From: an uncultured Verrucomicrobiota bacterium
GTDB lineage: Bacteria > Verrucomicrobiota > Verrucomicrobiia > Opitutales > UBA9783
NCBI GenBank assembly: GCA_946646575.1
Contig: CAMPCR010000003.1
Location: forward strand, 1-45,473
Length of the DNA: 45,473 nucleotides
Direction of reading: 5' to 3'
Position numbers and translations under genes: made by a program. Shown one piece after another: positions 34,965 to 43,600 of the stretch. Within the stretch, counting starts at the first letter, position 1; every line of letters starts with the position of its first letter. The notes below the pieces were generated by a model, which was not told where the DNA came from, ran no database searches, and saw only the letters and a program-made list of their open reading frames with translations.

Positions 34965-35168
34965 AGGAAACATTCCGTTGAAAGTTACACGTATATTGTA
35001 ATAGGTATCTGATGATTTGTTCTTGAAAGAGTAGCACTCTTTTATAAAAAGTCTCCAATTCCATAAATTCTGTTTTTTGATGTGAGATAATTTTGGAATC
35101 TGTTCATCAAAGATATACAGCAAACATATACAGAAAATGTTTGCAGTATTCATCCGTAATAACGCTTA

Positions 35169-37109
35169 TTACGAGTTTCCGAACGCTTCCGCCGTCTTTT
35201 TCAACGACTCCGCCAACATCTTTGCAAAGCGTTCCAAATGTTCACACATATGCAAAGCGGTAAGGGTTATTCTCAGACGCGCATGGTCTTTCGGAACCGT
35301 CGGGTAGCGAACGGCCTTCACGAAAAAGCCCTTTTCAAATAGACGTTCCGCAAGCAAAAGTGCCGTTTCCTCCGAACCGACTTCGCACGAAACAATCGGC
35401 GTTTCGGCAATCATCGGCAAATTGTATTGCCGGCAAAGAGCGTTCCAAAAAGAGATGTTTTCTCGCAATGCTTCCACATACTGCGGAGACTGTTGCAATA
35501 ATTGAAAGCTTTTTACTGCCGCCGCAACGGATGGTGCCGGCAGGGACGTCGAAAAAATATACCCGCGGGCGGTATTGCGCAAATAATCAATCATTTCCGC
35601 ACTTCCGGCTACAAAACCGCCTTCAACACCGATCGCCTTGCTCAATGAACCCATGCAAAGATACGACGGCGTACGGAGATGCAAATGCTCTTTCAATCCG
35701 CGCCCGCGTGCACCCAAAACGCCCGTTGCGTGTGCTTCGTCGATATAGAGCAAGACATGATACTTTTCGGCAAGCGCGGTGAGGGTCGTGCCGGCGGCGA
35801 TGTCGCCGCCCGTGCTGAAAACCGCGTCGGAAACAATCACACCATGTTTAAAGGACGCCGAACGCAGTTTTTCCTCCAAATCCGACATATCATTATGGCG
35901 GTAGATAACGGTTTGAGCTTTGCACAGACGGCAACCGTCGATCAAGGAAGCATGGTTGAGGTCATCGGAAAAAATCACGTCCCCTTCACCGAAAAGAGCC
36001 GGCAAAATCGAAACATTTGCCGCAAAACCGCTGTTGAACACCATTGCCGCTTCGTGTCCCGTAAAGTCCGCGATGAGTTGTTCCAGTTGTCGATGAAGCT
36101 CCGACGTGCCGCACATCAGCCGCGAACCGCCGCTTCCGACACCGTATTGCGTCAAAGCACGCACGGCGGACGCTTTCACCTCGGGATGTTGCGAAAAACC
36201 CAAATAGTCATTCGATGTAAAGGAAACATACCATTTGCCGTTGATGCGCACGCGGTCGCTTTCAACGGCTTCGATGACGGTTTCCGTTCGATACAAATGC
36301 TTCTCTTTTAAAGTTTGCAGGCGTTGCCGAACATCGAACGTTGCAGACATATCCATCGGTAAATTTGTAACGACAACCGCTTGATGTTCCAGGTAATAAA
36401 GCGTTTCCTTCAAATCCTCCTCACTTGTGCCGTTGTATAAAAAAATCCTTCCGCCGTGCGGATCCCCGTGTGCTTTTAAGTTCGGGATGCGCACATAGCC
36501 GCTCTTTTTCGACGCAAAATATCCTGTCGTATAATTGCAATCGTCCGAAATACACAGTTCGCCGACGATGTGCGGTGCCGAAGAAACTTTTGTTGCCAAA
36601 ATTAACGCTTCGCGAAAATGGTTCTTTTCTGCTCCGAAACAAACACGTTCCCCATCCATGTACGTGGCACGCACCCCGCGTTCGGGATCGGGTTCGCAAC
36701 GTTGCAAGGTTCGAATATCCACCAGCATTGCTCCGCGCATCGGCGACGTATTTTTCAACAATGAAAGGCACGACTCGGCATCATCAATACCGTTTTCTTT
36801 GAGCAAGCGTCCCAAAACCGAAAACGCTTCATCCGTGTTCGTCGCGGACGCCTCCGTCACGGGCAAAGAAGGAATCTTTAAAAACGCCGAGGCATCAAGT
36901 ACTTCGATCTTTAAATGAACCGCATCCGCATTGCCGTTGGTGTGGTTCAGCGCGCGTTTAAGCAATGATTGCGAAACGGGAAGAATTTGCTCCCTTCCAA
37001 CCAACCGTTCCGCGCCTGAAAGATGGGCATCGCCCTTCGAAGCGCGCATTTTGACGGCGTATAAGGGGGCTTCGTGTGTTTTTGACGAGTTCATCTGTAT
37101 ATTTTTCAT
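35169..37109 (-). CDS. Fused 6-carboxyhexanoate-CoA ligase (BioW, aa ~1-248) / 8-amino-7-oxononanoate synthase (BioF, aa ~255-646)
   Basis: BioW-like: YAVKMRAS...HLSGAERL, RGVRATY, GELCISDDCNYTTGYFASKKSGYVRIPNLK..GDPHGGRIFLY. BioF-like: SNDYLGFSQHPEV, DEAHATGVLG, PLP-lysine motif GSLSKAIGVEGG. It is a single uninterrupted frame. Confidence 0.85.
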   Translation of the reverse strand: MKNIQMNSSKTHEAPLYAVKMRASKGDAHLSGAERLVGREQILPVSQSLLKRALNHTNGNADAVHLKIEVLDASAFLKIPSLPVTEASATNTDEAFSVLGRLLKENGIDDAESCLSLLKNTSPMRGAMLVDIRTLQRCEPDPERGVRATYMDGERVCFGAEKNHFREALILATKVSSAPHIVGELCISDDCNYTTGYFASKKSGYVRIPNLKAHGDPHGGRIFLYNGTSEEDLKETLYYLEHQAVVVTNLPMDMSATFDVRQRLQTLKEKHLYRTETVIEAVESDRVRINGKWYVSFTSNDYLGFSQHPEVKASAVRALTQYGVGSGGSRLMCGTSELHRQLEQLIADFTGHEAAMVFNSGFAANVSILPALFGEGDVIFSDDLNHASLIDGCRLCKAQTVIYRHNDMSDLEEKLRSASFKHGVIVSDAVFSTGGDIAAGTTLTALAEKYHVLLYIDEAHATGVLGARGRGLKEHLHLRTPSYLCMGSLSKAIGVEGGFVAGSAEMIDYLRNTARGYIFSTSLPAPSVAAAVKSFQLLQQSPQYVEALRENISFWNALCRQYNLPMIAETPIVSCEVGSEETALLLAERLFEKGFFVKAVRYPTVPKDHARLRITLTALHMCEHLERFAKMLAESLKKTAEAFGNS

Positions 37110-37339
37110 CCCGCACCGCCTGCGTTCTTTATGTACATTGTTTCACACGGCGACAACACCCGAACAGATTAAAAATTCGATAAACACTCAAACAACGCAC
37201 GCGCATGCAAACACCGCAAAAGCCGTTCTTACAAGAGCGATATCGCTTTATTTCCCTTTTGTTCGAAAAAGAAAAGGATCCACCGATCTTGCGCTTTCGA
37301 CGCCTTTTTTCCTTTTTAGCAGTTCGACAAAAGCATGCC

Positions 37340-39043
37340 TTACCCGTTCCGCACGACCTTGAAATTCTCCACGTGGACGTTCGGATCTGCCGCGAAATTC
37401 ACTTTCACTGACCATTGCGCTTCCAGGGCACTGAATTCCGACAGGCAATTTGCCAAAAGATAACTTTTCAGGTAAGGATTGAGGATGACGGTAAAGTCCC
37501 CGCCGTTCGTTGCGCGGCACTGACGAAACAGTTCGCGTTGAATTTGAAGCGACAGGTTCCGCGATGATTGCAAACGTCCTTCGCCGTTACAGTAGGGACA
37601 ACAGGAATAAAGCTGACTGCGCAGGCTCTCTTTGTGACGCTGGCGGGAAATTTGAATCAGCCCCAGTTGGGTCACCGGGAATACCTGCACGCGCGCGGTG
37701 TCGTTCTCGAATTCCTTTTCTAGAAATTCATGCAACAGACGGCGGCTCTTCGGCTGACGCATATCGACGAAATCCACAATAATAATCCCGCCGATGTTCC
37801 GCAGGCGTACCTGACGGGCAACTTCGCGCGCCGCTTCAAGATTTGCCTGAAAAATGAATTGCGACGGGTCGGCTTCGTTCATCTTGTGCGAAGAAGTGTT
37901 CACGTCGACCGACGTTAAGGCTTCCGTTTCCTGGATGACGATTTCGCCACCGGAGGGCAACGGCACGCGCTGCGAAAACATCTGTTCCAGTTGCAGTTCC
38001 ACGCCGTAACGCTCGAAAATCGGAATCGGCTCTTTATAGAGGACAATCTTTTTTCGTAAATTCGGTGCCAAACGCTCCAATTTTTCCCTCAAATACTCAT
38101 AATCCGCCTCGCTGTCAATCAACACGCGATCGACGTCGTCCGTCAGAAAATCGCGCACCGTTCGTTCCAACAAATTCGGTTCATGGTACACCATGCACGG
38201 ACGTTCCGCGGCAGCGGCTTTCTGCTGCACCGTCTGCCAGGCATCGAGGAGAAACTGTAAATCACGGGTAATCTGTTTGACGGAAGCATCGGCGCACGAC
38301 GTCCGAAAAATAACGCCCATACCCTCCGGTAACGTTAATTTGTCCAACAGTTTTCTTAAACGGTCGCGGTCGCGCTTGCGGTCGATTTTGCGCGAAATAC
38401 CGCATTGACGCGAATGCGGCGTCAAAACGACATAACGCCCCGGCAACGTGATGTTCGTCGTCACGCGCGGCCCTTTGGAACCGATTTGGCTCTTGGTCAC
38501 CTGCACCAGAATGTCGGTTCCGACGGGGATTTTCGCGGGCACGTCCGCCGTTAAAACACGTTCGCGATCGTTCGAATTGCCATCGCGGTTGATGACTTCG
38601 ATGCCGTCATCGCCGTTGTTTTCGTTAAATCCTTCGCCGTTCAACAGCGGCAACACGTCCCAATAGTGAAGAAAGGCATTCTTTTCCTGCCCAATGTCCA
38701 CAAACGCCGCCTTTAAGCCCGCTTCCAGGTTTTGAATTTTGCCCTTAAAAATCGCGCCGTGCAGATCCTGATTGTCGAGCGTATCCATTTCGAAGTGCTC
38801 CATCAGACCGTCGACCAGCAATGCGACGCGTTTGTGGGGTAAAACGCCGTCAATGACGATCTCCGAATAACGCTTGTCGCGCTTGAAAAAATTCAAAATC
38901 CGTTGCAGAATGCCTTCATTTTCCTTCGAACGCTCCTTCGCCGCACTCTTTAAGGTTTCACGTTTGACTTCAACCGTCGCTTTTTTCTTCTTTTCAACGC
39001 ACGGAATACCGTCGCTTTGTTTTTTCGATCTTAAATATGCCAT
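37340..39043 (-). CDS. RNase E/G-family endoribonuclease (Rne/Rng)
   Basis: S1 domain GAIFKGKIQNLEAGLKAAFVDIG, DNase-I-like region VDVNS, IIIVDFVDM, and Zn-link CPYCNGEGR. At 567 aa the size fits RNase G plus a ~75-aa basic N-terminal extension. Confidence 0.9.
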   Translation of the reverse strand: MAYLRSKKQSDGIPCVEKKKKATVEVKRETLKSAAKERSKENEGILQRILNFFKRDKRYSEIVIDGVLPHKRVALLVDGLMEHFEMDTLDNQDLHGAIFKGKIQNLEAGLKAAFVDIGQEKNAFLHYWDVLPLLNGEGFNENNGDDGIEVINRDGNSNDRERVLTADVPAKIPVGTDILVQVTKSQIGSKGPRVTTNITLPGRYVVLTPHSRQCGISRKIDRKRDRDRLRKLLDKLTLPEGMGVIFRTSCADASVKQITRDLQFLLDAWQTVQQKAAAAERPCMVYHEPNLLERTVRDFLTDDVDRVLIDSEADYEYLREKLERLAPNLRKKIVLYKEPIPIFERYGVELQLEQMFSQRVPLPSGGEIVIQETEALTSVDVNTSSHKMNEADPSQFIFQANLEAAREVARQVRLRNIGGIIIVDFVDMRQPKSRRLLHEFLEKEFENDTARVQVFPVTQLGLIQISRQRHKESLRSQLYSCCPYCNGEGRLQSSRNLSLQIQRELFRQCRATNGGDFTVILNPYLKSYLLANCLSEFSALEAQWSVKVNFAADPNVHVENFKVVRNG

Positions 39044-39208
39044 TTATTTCCTCCGTATCGCTTCCTTCAACGTACCGACATGCCTTTATATCGCATGTAC
39101 GGCAGGCTCCGCCGATCCTTCCGTTTTCTTGTCTTTTCACCGCTTTTTAACAACCGCAACACGTTTTCGGCAAAATTTTCACAAAAGCACCGACTCTGTA
39201 CAAAAAAA

Positions 39209-40540
39209 TCACCCTTTTACCCAACCGTCCGTCTGTCGAAACCGATACACGCTCTGCACCAACCCCTGCGCAAAACAGCAGGTCAGCAGAAACGAACCGC
39301 CGTAGCTGAGAAACGGCGCCGGCAAACCGGTAATCGGCATCAGCCCGAGCGTCATTCCGACGTTGATCCACACGTGGCTCATCATCAGCAATCCGACACC
39401 GACGCACAGATAACATCCCAAACGGTCGCGCGCCGTCAGAGCGACCCCAAGATCAGCGAAAACGAGAAGCGCATAGAGCGCAAGCACAAAACAGGAGCCG
39501 CACAGACCCGTTTCTTCCGCCAGAACGGAAAAAATAAAATCATCCAACGACGCCGCTTTCGGCAAAAATCCCAAACGCGCCTGTGTGTTGTGCCGCCAGC
39601 CTTTGCCGAATAAACCGCCCGATCCGACGGCGATCAGCGACTGTTTCCGATGCCAACCGACTTTGACACCATCGGGATCGATTGCCGTCGGCACGGCAAA
39701 CGCCAAAATGCGGTTGCGTTGGTAATCTTTCAGCGGCAAAAAGGGCTTCAGGCGCGACGGTTGTTGCCGAAGATAACAATAATAACCGCGCGTATCGCAG
39801 GCAATGAGCGTTAAAGCAATCATGAAAAGCAAAAACAAGCCGAAGAAAAACTTTAACGTCAGTCGGGAGACGAACAATAAACCAAAAACCAATACCGGAA
39901 TGACCATCGCGGAACCGAGATCCGGTTGCAGAAAAATAAGAAAAAAAGAACATGCACCGACGAAACACACAAAACCCAATGTCGGTAAAGCTTCGCGCCA
40001 TGTTTTCAGCCGACTGCGCATGAGCGTTGCGGAAATCAACAGCAAGGTGGTAAGTTTGCAAACGTCCGACGGCTGAAAGGTAATCCCCAAATTCAGCCAA
40101 CGGCGACTGCCGCCGATACGGCGTCCCAGCGGCGTCCACAACAACAACAACAAAACGACGGAACCCGCATAAAAAAGGTGCGCGCGGACGGAAAACCAAT
40201 GGTAAGGAATTTTGGCGGTCACATAATACACGATGCCGCCCAAACACAGCCATATTACCTGCGCTTTCCACTTGTGACCGCCGCCGTCCTGCTGAACGGC
40301 GTACATAAAAGCAATCCCGATGAGGCTCAATATCAGCATGACGCACGGCGTCACGCGATCCCACGGAAGCGGTTTTTTATCCAAAAATTTCCACTGTTCC
40401 TTCCAAAACCGCAGACGTTCGCGCCACATGAAGCACAACCGCATCCAAGGTCGCGGTTCGTCGCGGGAAATGAACGTTGTCGGAACGATGCACGATTTTC
40501 GTCGAATGATACGGGAAAGATACTTTTTAATTGTCCGCAT
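39209..40540 (-). CDS. SEDS-family peptidoglycan polymerase (RodA/FtsW)
   Basis: About 10 TM segments and a C-terminal signature GLMPITGLPAPFLSYGGS. The longest track ORF (to 40606) would overlap the folE-folB stop. ATGs at 40540, 40444 and 40429 are all possible starts. Confidence 0.85.
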   Translation of the reverse strand: MRTIKKYLSRIIRRKSCIVPTTFISRDEPRPWMRLCFMWRERLRFWKEQWKFLDKKPLPWDRVTPCVMLILSLIGIAFMYAVQQDGGGHKWKAQVIWLCLGGIVYYVTAKIPYHWFSVRAHLFYAGSVVLLLLLWTPLGRRIGGSRRWLNLGITFQPSDVCKLTTLLLISATLMRSRLKTWREALPTLGFVCFVGACSFFLIFLQPDLGSAMVIPVLVFGLLFVSRLTLKFFFGLFLLFMIALTLIACDTRGYYCYLRQQPSRLKPFLPLKDYQRNRILAFAVPTAIDPDGVKVGWHRKQSLIAVGSGGLFGKGWRHNTQARLGFLPKAASLDDFIFSVLAEETGLCGSCFVLALYALLVFADLGVALTARDRLGCYLCVGVGLLMMSHVWINVGMTLGLMPITGLPAPFLSYGGSFLLTCCFAQGLVQSVYRFRQTDGWVKG

Positions 40541-40562
40541 CCGTGTTACAAAGTACACGCTT

Positions 40563-41555
40563 TTAAAAATCCCCGTACGTAAAGCGACTGTTTTGCAACA
40601 ATGCATGCGACAAAGATTTGACCAACGTCACGCGTATCTTTGCCTGTTTATGCTGTGTTTTCAAAAACGTTTGTATTGCCGAATAAATCGCCCGAACGGC
40701 ATACTCCAACAACTGAAACCGTCGTTGCAGAACGGTTTCTTTCAAATACGTTATCAACGCATCGTAATCAACCGTGGAACTTAGATCGTCATCGTCTCCA
40801 TAATGTTGCGGCAGTTGCAATTCCAACGTTAACGTAACGGGCGTTGTTCGCATTTGCTCCTCCGAATAACAGCCGATCTTTAACGGAAATTCCTTTGTGG
40901 TGACCGTCAAAAGTCCGCACTCGGCTTCGTTACCCGTTTCCGCCGAAACATCCCAATCTTTTTGATCTGCCGCGGTGTTGTCCGTACACAAGCACGTCCT
41001 ACGATATGCCCCATCCGACGCCGATGGTCGCGGAAAACCTTCGATCGGTTCACCGAAACGGTAAAAGGTGCGCATTTTTGAGTTGTATCGTTGAACGCCG
41101 CGCATGGCGACGCACAGATGTTCGCCGATTATTTCCACAAAAACAGCGCGCGCACTCGTCACTTCACGAATGCTTTCGCCGATCTGTTGCGTCAAACGCT
41201 CCTGCAACTGCAAACGACGGGCAAACAGATTGACGATACGGTAAAGCTTCGAAACCCCGAGTACCTTTCCGTTTGGGATATAGGCGATCGTGCAATGTCC
41301 GAAGAACGGCAACAAGTGGTGCTCGCAGAGGGAAAAAAAGGGTATATTTTCGACGACCACGGGTGCGTCATTGGTACATTCGAACAGTGCGCCGTTGACG
41401 ACTTCCTCCAATGTTTGATGATAACCCTGCGTCAGTTCTTCGAAAGCCTCCAAAAAACGTTGCGGTGTTTTTTGCAAACCTTCCCGTTGCGGATCTTCGC
41501 CGCAACGTTCGAAAAGTTGTTTCAAACATTCGCGAACAATCGGTGGTTCATCCAT
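40563..41555 (-). CDS. Fused GTP cyclohydrolase I (FolE, aa ~1-170) / dihydroneopterin aldolase-like tunnel-fold domain (FolB/FolX-like, aa ~213-325)
   Basis: FolE: [50 protein letters not shown]-terminal domain: [20 protein letters not shown]...[18 protein letters not shown]....[11 protein letters not shown]...IRVTLVKS. Confidence 0.85.
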   Translation of the reverse strand: MDEPPIVRECLKQLFERCGEDPQREGLQKTPQRFLEAFEELTQGYHQTLEEVVNGALFECTNDAPVVVENIPFFSLCEHHLLPFFGHCTIAYIPNGKVLGVSKLYRIVNLFARRLQLQERLTQQIGESIREVTSARAVFVEIIGEHLCVAMRGVQRYNSKMRTFYRFGEPIEGFPRPSASDGAYRRTCLCTDNTAADQKDWDVSAETGNEAECGLLTVTTKEFPLKIGCYSEEQMRTTPVTLTLELQLPQHYGDDDDLSSTVDYDALITYLKETVLQRRFQLLEYAVRAIYSAIQTFLKTQHKQAKIRVTLVKSLSHALLQNSRFTYGDF

Positions 41556-41592
41556 TGTTTTTTTTCTAACATTTTTCGACGAAACCGTAGAG

Positions 41593-41630
41593 CTTTTTAT
41601 AAGAATAGATTTTTAATTTTAAAAATTAAC
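41593..41630. promoter_or_regulatory. AT-rich tract (candidate DNA-unwinding element)
   Basis: CTTTTTATAAGAATAGATTTTTAATTTTAAAAATTAAC has only about 4-5 G/C in 38 nt and lies directly beside the DnaA-box cluster. Confidence 0.45.
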
Positions 41631-41644
41631 CGTCTTCTTATACG

Positions 41645-41819
41645 TGTGAATAACTTTATCTTCGACTATCGATCCTTGTTGTGAACAGCGACGGCGGTGA
41701 ATAAAACGCTGTTAATGTAATGTGAATAAGTGAGGACGACGGTGAATAAAAATCTGCCTTTCCGAGTTATCGACAGTTTTAACAGCCGTTATTTCTGACT
41801 TATCCACCGATTATTCACA
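41645..41819. promoter_or_regulatory. Cluster of seven DnaA-box-like 9-mers (candidate oriC or DnaA-regulated divergent promoter)
   Basis: TGTGAATAA at 41645-41653 and 41721-41729. GGTGAATAA at 41696-41704 and 41741-41749. TTATCGACA at 41767-41775, TTATCCACC at 41800-41808 and TTATTCACA at 41811-41819. Each is 0-1 mismatch from TTATNCACA. Confidence 0.55.
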
Positions 41820-41827
41820 ACGGATGA

Positions 41828-43384
41828 GTGCTTGCGAATACGTCGTTTTCGGAATTTGATAATCGCGTGGACACCATCGCGGCACTTTCAACCCCTTACG
41901 GCGTTTCGGGCATCGCCGTGGTGCGTTTCAGCGGTTCGGACTGCGAACGATTGGCACGAGAGATTTTCGAGAAAGAAACCTTTGAGGCGCGTCGGGTATA
42001 TCATGGGTTTTACCGTTTGATCTCGGGCGAAGTTTTGGATGAGGTCATTTGGACGTTTTTTGAAAAAAATGCTTCCTACACGGGAGAACCGATGCTGGAA
42101 ATTTCCTGCCACGGCAATCCGCTGATTGTGCGTCAATTATTAAAAGATGCGTTTCAACGCGGCTGTCGGCAGGCAGAACCCGGGGAATTTACGCGCCGCG
42201 CGTTTCTCAATCACAAAATCGATCTCTGTCGTGCCGAAGCGGTCGCGGATGTCATTCACGCGCAATCGTTGCAGGCTCTTACGCTGGCGCAAAAGCAATT
42301 ATCGGGATCTTTCAGTCGGAAAATCGAAAATTTTATTCAACAGCTGACCGATCAGATTGCCGTAATTGAGGCATACCTGGATTTTCCCGAGGAGGATTTG
42401 CCGGAGGAAGATCGCAAACGTTTTTTGGAGCAGCAAAATTCTCTCATACAAACCATTGAACATCTTTTGCGCGCGCACGAAGCTTATGTGCCGCTGAAAG
42501 ACGGTATTCGCACGGTGATTGTCGGATTGCCGAACGCCGGGAAAAGTACGCTTTTTAACCGATTGCTTGGATTTGAACGCGCGATTGTCAGTTCCATCCC
42601 GGGAACGACGCGCGATTTTATTGCCGAAACGTTGTCGCTTGAACCCTACGCCCTGCGTTTGGTGGATACGGCGGGTTTGCGCGATACCGACAACGACATT
42701 GAACGCCTGGGTATTGAACAAACGCGGGAACAGCTTCAAAAGGCGGATTTAATCTTGTGGGTTATCGACGGTTCGCAGCCGTGGAATGGAGATTTGGAGG
42801 CTTTAAAGGGAAAATTGCCCGCCGAAAAAACTTTTATTTTGCTCAATAAAGTCGATTGCGGATTGCATTCGTCGGTGGCGGAAAAATTTCCGAATGCCGA
42901 AGATGTACTCCGAGTGTTGAAGGCAAAAGAAGAGGGTAGTTCGACGATTGCGGGGAATAAAGAAGCAGAGGGGTCTGTTTTTGAGAAAAAGGAAATAATG
43001 CAACAAAAGGAAGCCGTATGTTTATCCGATTCGGAGAAAAAGCAAATATCTTCCGACGGTTTTCCTTCGCCCGTTTTGGTACTTTCCCTTAAAGACGAAA
43101 CCTGTCTGCCGCTGTTGAGACAACGGTTAAAGGCATTCCTGGATGAACGCTACGAAGATGTTTCGAACGTCGGTTTCCTGGTGCATGAACGGCATGCGGA
43201 AGCCTTGCAATCGGCGTACACAGCATTGCAACATGCTTCGACGCTTTTGGAACAAAAGAATTCGGACGATTGTTTGGCGGCGGATTTAAAGGAAGCTTTA
43301 CATTCCTTGGAAGCCATTGTCGGACGCGTCGATTACGAGCAGGTGCTCGATAAGGTTTTTTCGAAGTTTTGTATCGGGAAATAA
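41828..43384 (+). CDS. mnmE: tRNA modification GTPase MnmE (TrmE) with a ~70-aa insert in the G domain
   Basis: DTIAALSTPYGVSGIAVVRFSG, G1 GLPNAGKST, G2 PGTTRD, G3 DTAG, G4 NKVD, and the C-terminal FCIGK. There is no in-frame ATG; GTG at 41828 or GTG at 41867 (giving MDTIAAL) is the start. Confidence 0.9.
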   Translation: MLANTSFSEFDNRVDTIAALSTPYGVSGIAVVRFSGSDCERLAREIFEKETFEARRVYHGFYRLISGEVLDEVIWTFFEKNASYTGEPMLEISCHGNPLIVRQLLKDAFQRGCRQAEPGEFTRRAFLNHKIDLCRAEAVADVIHAQSLQALTLAQKQLSGSFSRKIENFIQQLTDQIAVIEAYLDFPEEDLPEEDRKRFLEQQNSLIQTIEHLLRAHEAYVPLKDGIRTVIVGLPNAGKSTLFNRLLGFERAIVSSIPGTTRDFIAETLSLEPYALRLVDTAGLRDTDNDIERLGIEQTREQLQKADLILWVIDGSQPWNGDLEALKGKLPAEKTFILLNKVDCGLHSSVAEKFPNAEDVLRVLKAKEEGSSTIAGNKEAEGSVFEKKEIMQQKEAVCLSDSEKKQISSDGFPSPVLVLSLKDETCLPLLRQRLKAFLDERYEDVSNVGFLVHERHAEALQSAYTALQHASTLLEQKNSDDCLAADLKEALHSLEAIVGRVDYEQVLDKVFSKFCIGK

Positions 43385-43600
43385 GCGATTTGTAATGATA
43401 ATGAAAAATGTCGGAACTGACCTGCCAGTTAGCACCTCTGAATTAGATCTGTCTCTCGGTATTGTATACGAATATTATTCTTGAACAAATAGTGATAATG
43501 AATATAAAATAAACCGTCTATGTTCATTAATTTACACAAAAACATATTGCCTGAAATACAAGGATATATTTGAAGCACTTTACACTGGTTTAATTGTTTG

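Noticed and set aside
34605-35153. 182-aa minus-strand ORF across the end of the island
   Set aside because: It overlaps the GDPD-like gene antisense and runs through terminator-like hairpins. It is A+T-rich, its product looks like noise, and it has no SD.
25375-35168. Low-GC island as a prophage, ICE or transposon
   Set aside because: No integrase, transposase, tRNA target or convincing flanking direct or inverted repeats are present. Only an 8-nt GATGATTT is shared by the two borders. The island is treated as a non-mobile accessory locus.
37236-37247. Perfect 12-nt palindrome AGCGATATCGCT between the RNase E/G-family gene and bioW-bioF, considered as a BirA operator or terminator
   Set aside because: There is no extended dyad resembling known bio operators. 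On the transcribed (minus) strand it is not followed by a T-run. A weak bulged hairpin with a T-run at 37262-37290 is a more likely, but still unconvincing, terminator for the RNase E/G-family gene.
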